From assembly GCA_964014485.1 (NCBI GenBank), contig CAXHAT010000019.1:1-57009 (forward strand): a stretch of 57,009 nucleotides of DNA, written 5' to 3'. This stretch comes from an uncultured Deferribacteres bacterium (GTDB lineage: Bacteria > Zhuqueibacterota > Zhuqueibacteria > Zhuqueibacterales > Geothermadaptataceae). The notes below the pieces were generated by a model. It had not been told where the DNA came from and ran no database searches. It saw only the letters and a program-made list of their open reading frames with translations. This document shows positions 7,941 to 16,788 of the stretch, in pieces (within the stretch, counting starts at the first letter, position 1; each line of letters opens with the position of its first letter). A program made the position numbers and the translations under genes.

Positions 7941-9395
7941 TCAATTTCCTTCTGCCGCAATCCGTGACGACAGCCATGAAAGAATCGTAGCAAGCGTTTG
8001 TTCTGAGAAAGTCTCGTCGATGGAACTGTATTCGATGGGCATGCCGAGGCGGGCCGTCTGCATGAGATGGTTGAGGCCAGGCGCTTTGATTATTGTATAA
8101 TCCGAATGCTTTCCGGCAATCAGCGCCGCTTGCAGGCCTGGCAGGTTTTCATCAGCGGGAAGCACGGGATCCAGGCTTCCTGTGATCGCCAAAACTGGGC
8201 ATTTTACTTTCGCAAATGTTGCCATTGGATCATAGAGAAATTGCGATCTATACCACGGGCTGCCGAAAAGCGCGACCTGTCCCAGAGTATCATTTGCAGC
8301 GACGAGAGCTGCAGCACCGGGCGAGCCAAGCCCTTCCGTCCGGGCGAAATGCCACAATTTCTCTTTTCTGCGCCGCTCGCTTCCTTCGTCGATAACGAGC
8401 CGGAACAAATTTCGTGCGCGTTTTACGGAAGCCTCGATTCGATCTTCAGAAAAGCTTTGTTTTACGGCCATAGCTCTGGCTTGCCCAAGCAAGGCCTTTT
8501 CAGCAGGGACGCCGATTCCGCCGAGCAGAACGATGAAGGCCGTATGTTCGCCCAGCGCCGCCGCCGATTTCGCCGCAATCGCGGTTCCTTCACTGTGGCC
8601 GATAAATCCGATTTGGGCGGAGTCAATTTCCGAGCGCGATTTCAAGAAGGCGCGAGCGGCAAGAGCGTCTTCGGCAAAGTCGTCGTAGGTTGATTGAAAA
8701 TAATCGCCTTGCGAGCCGCCTACGCCGCGATCATCGGCGCGCAGAACCGCCAAGCCCGCTTTGGTGAGCGCATCGGCAAGAACCATGAAAGGCTTGTGAT
8801 TGGCAAAGGCTTGATTGCGGTCGTTCTCTCCGGCGACGCTCAACAAAATCGCCGCTGGAAACGGGCCATCCCCGTGCGGGAGCGTCAATGTACCGGCCAG
8901 CGTGACCTTGTCGTTAACGTTGGTGTAAGAAACTTCTTCGATGCGATAGGGGAAGGGCGGCTTCGGCGTTTGCGGGCGCTCACGAATTGGAAGCGGTGCG
9001 TCAATACGATTGAAGGTGAGAGGCAGCTTGAAGCCTTGCATATGCCACTCGCCCGTAATCCGGTTTTCCGCCTTTTCGAATTGACCTTCAAATCGTCCTT
9101 GGGCGAATGGTACGGCGAAGCTGATTTTGGACGCCTGAAAAGTGAATTCTTCAACAGCGAGGTCTTCAAATCCAAGCTTTGGACTGTCCATTGAAACGCT
9201 GTCCGGTCGGATTTTGAGAACAAGCTGCAATTTGCCGGAAAAAGTCTGCAATTCCCCGAGCCAAAAGCCGGAAATGGGCGAGCCCTTCGAAGTCTGACTC
9301 GAAAGGCTCGCGTAAAACAGGAAAGAAAAAATCGTCAGGAGAATAAGAAGGAGATTGCGTTTGAGTGGAGATGTGGATTTTGCGCCAACTTTCAT
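7941..9395 (-). CDS. Exported alpha/beta hydrolase (peptidase S9/S15-like)
   Basis: Signal peptide; RPQTPKPPFPY, DDRGVGGS, nucleophile GHSEG, GSLD, LNH. Confidence 0.88.
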   Translation of the reverse strand: MKVGAKSTSPLKRNLLLILLTIFSFLFYASLSSQTSKGSPISGFWLGELQTFSGKLQLVLKIRPDSVSMDSPKLGFEDLAVEEFTFQASKISFAVPFAQGRFEGQFEKAENRITGEWHMQGFKLPLTFNRIDAPLPIRERPQTPKPPFPYRIEEVSYTNVNDKVTLAGTLTLPHGDGPFPAAILLSVAGENDRNQAFANHKPFMVLADALTKAGLAVLRADDRGVGGSQGDYFQSTYDDFAEDALAARAFLKSRSEIDSAQIGFIGHSEGTAIAAKSAAALGEHTAFIVLLGGIGVPAEKALLGQARAMAVKQSFSEDRIEASVKRARNLFRLVIDEGSERRRKEKLWHFARTEGLGSPGAAALVAANDTLGQVALFGSPWYRSQFLYDPMATFAKVKCPVLAITGSLDPVLPADENLPGLQAALIAGKHSDYTIIKAPGLNHLMQTARLGMPIEYSSIDETFSEQTLATILSWLSSRIAAEGN

Positions 9396-9489
9396 AACTG
9401 CTGCTCAATTTTAAAGCGTTCAATATTTTCAAACGCTCTCTAACGCGGTATTCTCTAAAAGGTGACGCAAAAAATGTTATCGCATGAAA

Positions 9490-10782
9490 TCAACGTCCGA
9501 AATTCATTGGGTAGACGAGCGCGATTTGCGGTTCAATCCGTTTTTGCACTTTGAATCGCCCTTCCGTTTCATCGAATTTGAACGTCCAGATATAGTCGAA
9601 GTAAAGCGCCAGAAATTGCCCTATTTTATACCCGATTCCGAGGCGCGCCACGGAGCGCTCGTCCAGCTTGAAAGCGTCGCCGAAACCGGCAATGCCGGTA
9701 CGGTCGTAAGTAGCTCGGGCGCTGATATTTGGCACGGTTTCAGGCACCGTTGCTTGCAAGTGCATGATTCCGCTATTGCTGACGCCGTCGAGTTTTTGAA
9801 AGGTGCCGACGACTTCAATTGTGTTGAGCACTGAGCCGTAGAGCAAGCCAAAAACGCCGCGCGTGGCCGTCGATGAATCCAGCAAACTTACCTTTGGCAC
9901 GGCGACATTATCGACAATGCGATGACGATCAATTTCATAAAATGCGTCAAAATAGGACGGAATGAAATTTTTGTTCAAAAAACGCCGCTCCAGTTGCGCG
10001 CGAAAATTGAATATGCCGCCAATTCCCCAAATTGTGGTTTCCACGCCAACCGCTTTGCCGCTGCCGTGGTTGAGAATCTTTGCATAATCCGCATAGGTCA
10101 ACACTTCCACCAGGGAGTTTTTGACAATTGGCAATTCAACATCGAGACCGAATTCTGATACGCGATCATTGGTCAAAGCGTCCTGGTCGGGATCGCGATC
10201 GGTCACGTAGGAAGCGCCGATTGCAAAGTTTTTGAGGAGCGGGTAAACGGTATCGTTCAAAGGTCTGTAGTAAGCGCGGCCGCCAAAAATTTCCGAGCGC
10301 CCCAGGTTGCTGGTTATGAATTCGAATCCTGCCAAGCCTGCGTCCATATCCAAAACCAGGCCCGCCTTTCTGCGGTCGTACAAGGCGATGTTGTTGTTGT
10401 AATAGTTCATGATCAAACCATGCCCCAAGCGCGCCGCCTGCAATTCGCCGATTCGAAAATGGAGTGGATCTCTTTTTCGACCGTAGCTTAAGTAGCGAAT
10501 AACTCGCAAATAGTCGTAGGTTTCGTCCCAGTCTTCTTCTCGCAGAGATTCCGTTTCAATGTCGAATCTCAAGGGAATGTCAAGGCCCAGGCCGACCTTT
10601 CCAAAAGCAAATTCCGGTCTTAAATTGAAGGTAAAATAGGAACGGTCGTCAATTGAAGATATGCCGAGGCCGCCGTAGAAAACAGCGCTGTTGGTGACGC
10701 CTGGAGGGAGATAAAGCCCTTGCGCCGCAAGGCTGGAAAAAAAGAAAAGCGTCGCCAGGAAACTCAAAATAATACTTCGCAT
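9490..10782 (-). CDS. Putative outer-membrane beta-barrel protein
   Basis: Signal peptide MRSII...LAAQ; alternating amphipathic strands rich in G/aromatics; start moved to ATG 10782. Confidence 0.65.
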   Translation of the reverse strand: MRSIILSFLATLFFFSSLAAQGLYLPPGVTNSAVFYGGLGISSIDDRSYFTFNLRPEFAFGKVGLGLDIPLRFDIETESLREEDWDETYDYLRVIRYLSYGRKRDPLHFRIGELQAARLGHGLIMNYYNNNIALYDRRKAGLVLDMDAGLAGFEFITSNLGRSEIFGGRAYYRPLNDTVYPLLKNFAIGASYVTDRDPDQDALTNDRVSEFGLDVELPIVKNSLVEVLTYADYAKILNHGSGKAVGVETTIWGIGGIFNFRAQLERRFLNKNFIPSYFDAFYEIDRHRIVDNVAVPKVSLLDSSTATRGVFGLLYGSVLNTIEVVGTFQKLDGVSNSGIMHLQATVPETVPNISARATYDRTGIAGFGDAFKLDERSVARLGIGYKIGQFLALYFDYIWTFKFDETEGRFKVQKRIEPQIALVYPMNFGR

Positions 10783-11045
10783 CTCAATTCCCTGATTTTG
10801 ATATGTTCTTTGTTTGCTCATTAACACACTGTCGATAACCAAATAATCAGTTCGCGAGAAGTTTATCGGCTTGCCGGCGCGGGCCTTTTGACAAAAGCAA
10901 TAGCGACGCCATTGTCATTGATCGCGGCGTGAAGCGCAATTCGGGAAAAATTAGCCGATAATCTCATCGCTAACCTTACAATATTGTGCTTGGGACTGCG
11001 GAAACGAGCGGGTCGACTCTCCTGGCGCGGGAGGCCTTTTTCAGT

Positions 11046-11867
11046 TTACAGGATGGGGTCTAACAAAAGTTGATCAATTCCGACATTGTCTCGGATGGAC
11101 GGTTTCAGGGCGTGAAAAATCTGGAACTCGACCGGCGGAAGAAATCCGGCGGCGGCAAGTTCATCTGCTTTTTGAAATATATGCTGCGGTTTGTCGTCCA
11201 TCCAAATTCTTGAATCCTTGAGAATAATCAACCTCTCGGCGAATAACGCTTCAACCGGGCGGTGCGTGATGTGAATAATCGCCTTCTTTTCACCGCGACC
11301 ATTGAGAAGGCTCATGGCGCGCAAGAGATTTTTTCTGTTCTGCGAATCGAGGTACGCTGTCGGCTCATCAAATATAACATAATTTGGCTTCATTGCAATG
11401 ACTGATGCAATGGCTAAACGCTGCTTTTCTCCCCCTGAAAGCTGGTCGGGAGGATGCTTGCGCACATCAGTCAAATCAAAGTCTTCCAAAGCTTTGTAGA
11501 CGCGTCTTTCAATTTCAGCGGTTTCGAGTCCAATATTCTCAAGTCCAAAAGCGATTTCGCGCTCAACCGTCGCTGAAATTATTTGATTGTCAGGATTTTG
11601 AAAGATTATGCCGACACGCTTGCGAACCTCAAAAAGCTTTTCTCGATATTGATCATTTACCTCGAAACCATCGACGAAAACCTCGCCTTTCTCGGGGAGC
11701 TTCAAGCCGTTGCAAAGCCTTGCGAAGGTGGATTTTCCCGAACCGTTTCCACCCATTATTGCAACATATTCGCCGGGATTTATCGTGATGTTCAATGCCA
11801 GCAAAACTTCTAAAAAGTCGCCGTTGCTGAGACGATAGCCCGCCGAGGCGTTTTTAAATTGGATCAT
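11046..11867 (-). CDS. ecfA: ECF transporter ATPase (EcfA/CbiO type)
   Basis: GGNGSGKST, FQNPDNQI, EIAFGLEN, LSGGEKQR, FDEPT. Confidence 0.88.
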   Translation of the reverse strand: MIQFKNASAGYRLSNGDFLEVLLALNITINPGEYVAIMGGNGSGKSTFARLCNGLKLPEKGEVFVDGFEVNDQYREKLFEVRKRVGIIFQNPDNQIISATVEREIAFGLENIGLETAEIERRVYKALEDFDLTDVRKHPPDQLSGGEKQRLAIASVIAMKPNYVIFDEPTAYLDSQNRKNLLRAMSLLNGRGEKKAIIHITHRPVEALFAERLIILKDSRIWMDDKPQHIFQKADELAAAGFLPPVEFQIFHALKPSIRDNVGIDQLLLDPIL

Positions 11868-11887
11868 GAATTTTTCGAAATATGTGA

Positions 11888-12359
11888 TTCACTACCTGAC
11901 ACTTTTTGTATATCCGACATTCCGCACACAAAAATTGAAGATGGAAGCAAATTCTTTTTCTCATTAGCCCCGTCCTTCACCCTTCCCCCGCCGCGCAAGC
12001 GCGGCAGAGGAGAAGAAGCGCGTGATTTTACCAAAACCCCGGCTTGAAAGCCGGGGCTAATGAGATGCAAAATCTCATCAGACGCAAAAGACGTCTTGCA
12101 GCCGAACTGAAATTGTCGAAAAAGCGCTTTTTCAACAAATGATTTCAAATGCGACAATTGACGTGCGGAATGTCAGGTATATGCTTCTAAGCTGGCGAAA
12201 AAGATCGGAATTGTCATGCTGGCGGCGTCTTTTTTGATCCGACCTTTGAACTTTTGAGCATGACCTGAACTGGGCGATAACAAAGATTCTTCCAAAATGA
12301 CAAAACGAGGCTTTTCGGCGGCTCGAAAATGCAGTTTACAAAAAGTGTCAGGTAGAGAG
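11888..12359. mobile_element. Composite non-autonomous MITE-like element with 8-bp target duplication and nested palindromes
   Basis: Perfect 19-bp IR ctacctgacactttttgta (11892-11910 / 12337-12355); flanking direct repeat ATATGTGA (11880-11887 / 12360-12367); inner IRs at 11909-11927/12163-12181 and 11959-11972/12052-12065. Confidence 0.8.
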
Positions 12360-12399
12360 ATATGTGAGACGCGTACAGAAAGGCCAAGTAAGTTAGCGC

Positions 12400-12428
12400 A
12401 ATGTATAACCGGTTTCTCGTGGGAGCAA
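12400..12428 (-). promoter_or_regulatory. Candidate sigma70 promoter for ecfA reading through the composite element
   Basis: Minus strand TTGCTC-N17-TACATT. Confidence 0.4.
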
Positions 12429-12609
12429 GAAGCGCGGCTTTAAAGGACCGTTAAGCGGATTTGCCGCATAGATTTTAGAAATGAACGCCCCGGATTTGAA
12501 GATGAGCGCGAGCCGGTCTGACAACATAAATAGCTTGCATCTTTAAGCCTGTGCGTTAATTTTGCATGGTTTTGTCTGTTTGGGAAGCTAAGTAGCAAGG
12601 AGATATAAA

Positions 12610-15417
12610 ATGCGCTACGCCGCATGTTTTACGAAACCGTCGTTTTTCTTTATTGCAGCGTTGGTCTGCTCAAATTTTAGCCCGCTTTTAGCTCAAAAAG
12701 GGCAATTGTCCGGCAAGGTCACCGATGCGGAATCGGGTGAGCCGCTGCCAGGCGCAAATATTGTCGTCCGCCCTGCATCGGGGGACGGCGTGCAGACGGG
12801 AGACGCTTCAGACGTTGACGGAAATTTCACCGTGCGGGGGCTGGACGCAGGAACTTACTTTGTTTCCGCATCATTTATCGGCTATCAAAAAAAGGAATTC
12901 GCCTCGGTCAGCATCGGCGCCGGAGAACAAAAAACTCTGGACATCGCGTTGACGCCGTCCGCCATCCGCGTCAATGCCATTTCGGTTTCCGCCTCGCGCC
13001 GCCCGCAAAAAACGCTTGAAGCGCCGGCGGCGATCACCGTTTTAGAAGCTGCGGATATTAGAGCCGAAATAGCGCCAAGCGCCGTTTCAGTGCTCAAGAA
13101 CACGCCCGGGCTCGACATGTCGAATACCGGAATTGACCGGCGGGAAGTGGTTTTGCGCGGTTTCAACAATGCATTTTCAGGCGCGACTTATATTCTCACC
13201 GATTACCGCCAGGCGGCCGTGCCTTCTCTCGGCGTCAACGTACACTCGATCATGCCAAACCTCACAATTGATCTTGATCGCGTAGAAGTTGTTCGCGGCC
13301 CGGGCTCGGCGCTTTATGGTGCAGGCGTTGACGCTGGAGTGATTCATTATATTACTAGAGGACCGTTCGCCGACCAAAGCACGACGCTTTCTTTTTCCGG
13401 CGGCGAACGCAATTTTCTGACCGGCGCACTGCGGCATTCCGGTTTGCTGAGCGACAAAGTAGGCTATAAAGTGACTGCTCAGTACGGCCAAGCGGATGAC
13501 TGGGAGCTCGACCCCGCCGATTCTCTGGACAGAGTCCAACTTAACCTCGATCTCGAAGGGCTGGAACGGCAATATGATTTTCAAAAGTTAAATATTAACG
13601 GCCTTCTTGAATTCAAGCCTTCTAATGGTATGTCGCTCATTTTTAACGGCGGCTTTTCTGAACTAGACGCGACTGTACTCTCCGGCATTGGAACGGTGCA
13701 AGCGGTCGGATTTGGTTATCGCTACGGTCAGGCGCGTCTCCAGTCCGGGCGCTTTTTTTCGCAGCTTTACCTCAATAAAAATAACGCCGGAGACTCATTT
13801 ATTTACGGCACCGGCGATCCCGTCGTTGATCATTCGCTCGAAATAAACGGACAGGCGCAGTATGACTTTGACCTTGGCGCCAGCAGCAACTTAATTTTGG
13901 GCTTCGATTACAATCGCGTTGACGCCGACACGCGCGGCACCATCTACGGACGCAATGAAATCGACGCTGTGATCAATGAGTACGGATTTTATGGACAGAC
14001 TTTGACGCAGCTTTCGCCAAAGCTAGACTTGACGCTCGCTGTTCGCGGCGATTATAACAACGTTTTTGAGAAACTTCAATTCTCGCCGCGAGTTGCGCTG
14101 GTTTACAAGGCAAACGCCAAAAATTCCTTTCGCGCCACGTTCAATCGCGCCTTTTCTTCGCCCAGCAACAACTCGCTTTTCCTCGATATTGTCGCCGCCC
14201 AGGTGGACATTATTAAAATTCGCGGGCGCGGCTCATGGGAAGGATTCAGCTATGCGCGCAACCCGGAATATACAAGCATTGCGGGTTCCGACCTAATCGC
14301 CCGCAGTCTTGATCCGACGACGCTTGGCGAAGAAACGCCTGTCGGTATAGATCTCGAAGGCATTTACGCCCAGCTTTTCAATGCGTTAGAAGCGGTTTCA
14401 ATCGATTCACTCCGGGCTTTGCTGCCCGCCCCGCTGAACCAGGCGGGAGACAATACGCTCTTGCTTTTGCGCGGCTTGCTCAACCCGCTCCTGACCGATG
14501 TTTCCGGATTCTCTCAGGGCGAGCTTGGACTTTTTAACCCGATCAGTGAGCAGATTCAGCCGATCAGCGACGTGGGGCCGATCCCGCCGTTGGGGCAGAG
14601 CAACAGCATGACTTGGGAGGTGGGCTACAAAGGGCTTTTGGGCGACAAGCTGATGCTGGCGGTTGACGCTTACTACACCATTAAAGAAAATTTCAGCGGA
14701 CCGCTACTGAATGAAACGCCCTTCGTGCTCGTACCCAATTTAGGCAGCGATCTTGGATCAGCGCTGGCGGAAGGCATTGCGAATAACACAGTGCTGGCCA
14801 ACGCCATCGGAAACCTTGATTTGACCTCGGAACAAGTCGCGCAACTTATCGTGCAGGTCGCGGAAAACTTTCTGCCTGACGGAGAAACGCCGGTTGCGCT
14901 GGTCGTTCCGGTGGAGAATGATTTGGGCGCCGGCGACGCGCCGGAATTGTTGTTCAGTTACCGTAATTTTGGCCGCATCAAATACTGGGGGCTGGACGCC
15001 AGCATGCAATTTTACGTCAACGACCGAGTGCGCGTCTTTGCCAATGCGTCCTATATCAGCGACGACTTCTTCGACCACACGGAACTCGGCGAAGACAATC
15101 CGGATTTGTCGCTCTCTTTGAATGCGCCGACGGTTAAGGTCAAGGGCGGCTTTAGTTACAATGCACGGAACGGCTTTACATTCGGCGCTTCCGGCAGATA
15201 TGTGAATGAGTTTTATGTCTCGTCCGGGCCTTACAACGGTGACGTGCCCGCGTTCTTCCTTCTTGATTTGAATTTTGGATACGACCTGTCGAAAAGCTTC
15301 AACGGCTTGCGCTTCGATCTCTCTGTTCAAAATGCGCTTAACAACGAGCACCGTGAATTCATTGGCGCGCCCAAGCTCGGCCGCCTGGTTATGGCGCGTA
15401 CGACGCTCACGTTTTAA
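12610..15417 (+). CDS. TonB-dependent receptor with N-terminal carboxypeptidase-regulatory-like domain
   Basis: GKVTDAESGEPLPGANI; plug motif RVEVVRGPGSALYGAG; C-terminal VQNALN...GR...LTF; AAGGAG RBS. Confidence 0.93.
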   Translation: MRYAACFTKPSFFFIAALVCSNFSPLLAQKGQLSGKVTDAESGEPLPGANIVVRPASGDGVQTGDASDVDGNFTVRGLDAGTYFVSASFIGYQKKEFASVSIGAGEQKTLDIALTPSAIRVNAISVSASRRPQKTLEAPAAITVLEAADIRAEIAPSAVSVLKNTPGLDMSNTGIDRREVVLRGFNNAFSGATYILTDYRQAAVPSLGVNVHSIMPNLTIDLDRVEVVRGPGSALYGAGVDAGVIHYITRGPFADQSTTLSFSGGERNFLTGALRHSGLLSDKVGYKVTAQYGQADDWELDPADSLDRVQLNLDLEGLERQYDFQKLNINGLLEFKPSNGMSLIFNGGFSELDATVLSGIGTVQAVGFGYRYGQARLQSGRFFSQLYLNKNNAGDSFIYGTGDPVVDHSLEINGQAQYDFDLGASSNLILGFDYNRVDADTRGTIYGRNEIDAVINEYGFYGQTLTQLSPKLDLTLAVRGDYNNVFEKLQFSPRVALVYKANAKNSFRATFNRAFSSPSNNSLFLDIVAAQVDIIKIRGRGSWEGFSYARNPEYTSIAGSDLIARSLDPTTLGEETPVGIDLEGIYAQLFNALEAVSIDSLRALLPAPLNQAGDNTLLLLRGLLNPLLTDVSGFSQGELGLFNPISEQIQPISDVGPIPPLGQSNSMTWEVGYKGLLGDKLMLAVDAYYTIKENFSGPLLNETPFVLVPNLGSDLGSALAEGIANNTVLANAIGNLDLTSEQVAQLIVQVAENFLPDGETPVALVVPVENDLGAGDAPELLFSYRNFGRIKYWGLDASMQFYVNDRVRVFANASYISDDFFDHTELGEDNPDLSLSLNAPTVKVKGGFSYNARNGFTFGASGRYVNEFYVSSGPYNGDVPAFFLLDLNFGYDLSKSFNGLRFDLSVQNALNNEHREFIGAPKLGRLVMARTTLTF

Positions 15418-15435
15418 GCTTGGCCGCAAAAAAGC

Positions 15436-16788
15436 ATGGATTCTCTCACCCAAATCACCCTCGGCGCCGCCGTCGGGGAATTGACGCTTGGTAAAAAAGT
15501 CGGCAACAAGGCGCTGGCGTGGGGCGCGATTGCGGGAACTATTCCCGACCTCGATGTTCTCATGACTCCGTTTCTCTCAGACGTTGAAAGCGCCGTTTAC
15601 CATCGCGGTTTTTCCCACTCTATCGTTTTTGCGCTGATGCTCGCGCCGTTGCTCGGCTGGGCGCTTTCAAAATTACACAGGAAGGCCGGCGCTTCCGCGA
15701 AAGACTGGGCGAAATTGTGTTTCTGGGCGCTTGTTACCCACCCAATTCTTGATTGCTTCACCACATGGGGGACGCAGCTTTTCTGGCCGTTCAGCGATTA
15801 CCGCGTCGCGTGGAATTCGATTTTTATTATCGATCCGCTTTACACGCTGCCGTTTCTTTTGCTCCTGATCATTCTCATGTTTTTCTATCGCACTTCGCGA
15901 GCGCGTCGGATTTTGTGTTACGCGGGACTTGGATTGAGCACCGCCTATCTCGCACTTTCGTTGATGATTAAGCTTTACGTAACCGGCGTTTTTAAAGAGA
16001 CGTTGGAGGCGCAAGGTTTGGAGTATTCGCGTTTTATGACCAACGCCATGCCGCTCAACATTGCGCTTTGGCACGGGATTGTCGAGAATGAGCGCGGATT
16101 TTGGTTGGGGCAATACTCAATTTTTGACGCTGATAAGAACGTCGACTTTCAATACATGCCAAAAAACAAGCATCTGCTCGCGCCTTACGAAGACGCTTGG
16201 GAAGTGGGGAAATTGCGTTGGATTACAGAAGGGTTCATGACTGTGGAACAACGCGAAAAAAGCCTTAAAATCAACGATTTGCGCTTTGGTCTTTCAGACG
16301 GCGGCTTGATTGAAGGCGACGAATTTGTTTTTGCTTACATTTTGCATCCAAAAACATTTTCAACAACGGATGAGACCGTCGTGGTTACACGCGCGCCCGG
16401 CGGAAGGTCAAACGTTGGCGAGGTTTTGAGCAGAGTTTGGACGCGCATTTGGGGCGAAAAACGCCGTACGCCGCTGCAAATAGCTCACAAATATTTTCAA
16501 GCCTTGAACGGAAAAAACCAGGAATCATTGAACCCGTTTCTTGCCCCGCAGATAGAGACGCACGGCCGTGCGTCTCTAAAAAATTCTATCTTTCAGGCAG
16601 ATTCAATAGACGGTGCAAACGTCATCTTCGACGTCACGCAAGCAAAGGTAGAAAACGATTGGGCGGTTGTGCATTGGCGAAAAATTAGCGGCGAATTTCA
16701 ACTCAACGCAAATCTGTCAACCGGCGTTGACAGCATTCTTGTGCGCGATGAGAAAATCGTTGAAATTCGACGCGTTTACGGATTTTGA
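15436..16788 (+). CDS. YdjM-like membrane metal-dependent hydrolase with C-terminal SnoaL/NTF2-like extension
   Basis: MDSLTQ, TIPDLD, HRGFSHS, THPILDCFT, IIDPLYT; extra ~110 aa IAHKYFQALN...VRDEKIVEIR. Confidence 0.82.
   Translation: MDSLTQITLGAAVGELTLGKKVGNKALAWGAIAGTIPDLDVLMTPFLSDVESAVYHRGFSHSIVFALMLAPLLGWALSKLHRKAGASAKDWAKLCFWALVTHPILDCFTTWGTQLFWPFSDYRVAWNSIFIIDPLYTLPFLLLLIILMFFYRTSRARRILCYAGLGLSTAYLALSLMIKLYVTGVFKETLEAQGLEYSRFMTNAMPLNIALWHGIVENERGFWLGQYSIFDADKNVDFQYMPKNKHLLAPYEDAWEVGKLRWITEGFMTVEQREKSLKINDLRFGLSDGGLIEGDEFVFAYILHPKTFSTTDETVVVTRAPGGRSNVGEVLSRVWTRIWGEKRRTPLQIAHKYFQALNGKNQESLNPFLAPQIETHGRASLKNSIFQADSIDGANVIFDVTQAKVENDWAVVHWRKISGEFQLNANLSTGVDSILVRDEKIVEIRRVYGF

Noticed and set aside
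11864..12157. 97-aa ORF upstream of ecfA
   Set aside because: Lies almost entirely within the nested repeat; translation of palindromic DNA
12361..12609. Cobalamin or other riboswitch before the TonB-dependent receptor
   Set aside because: No B12-box or other aptamer consensus seen; an Rfam scan would settle it
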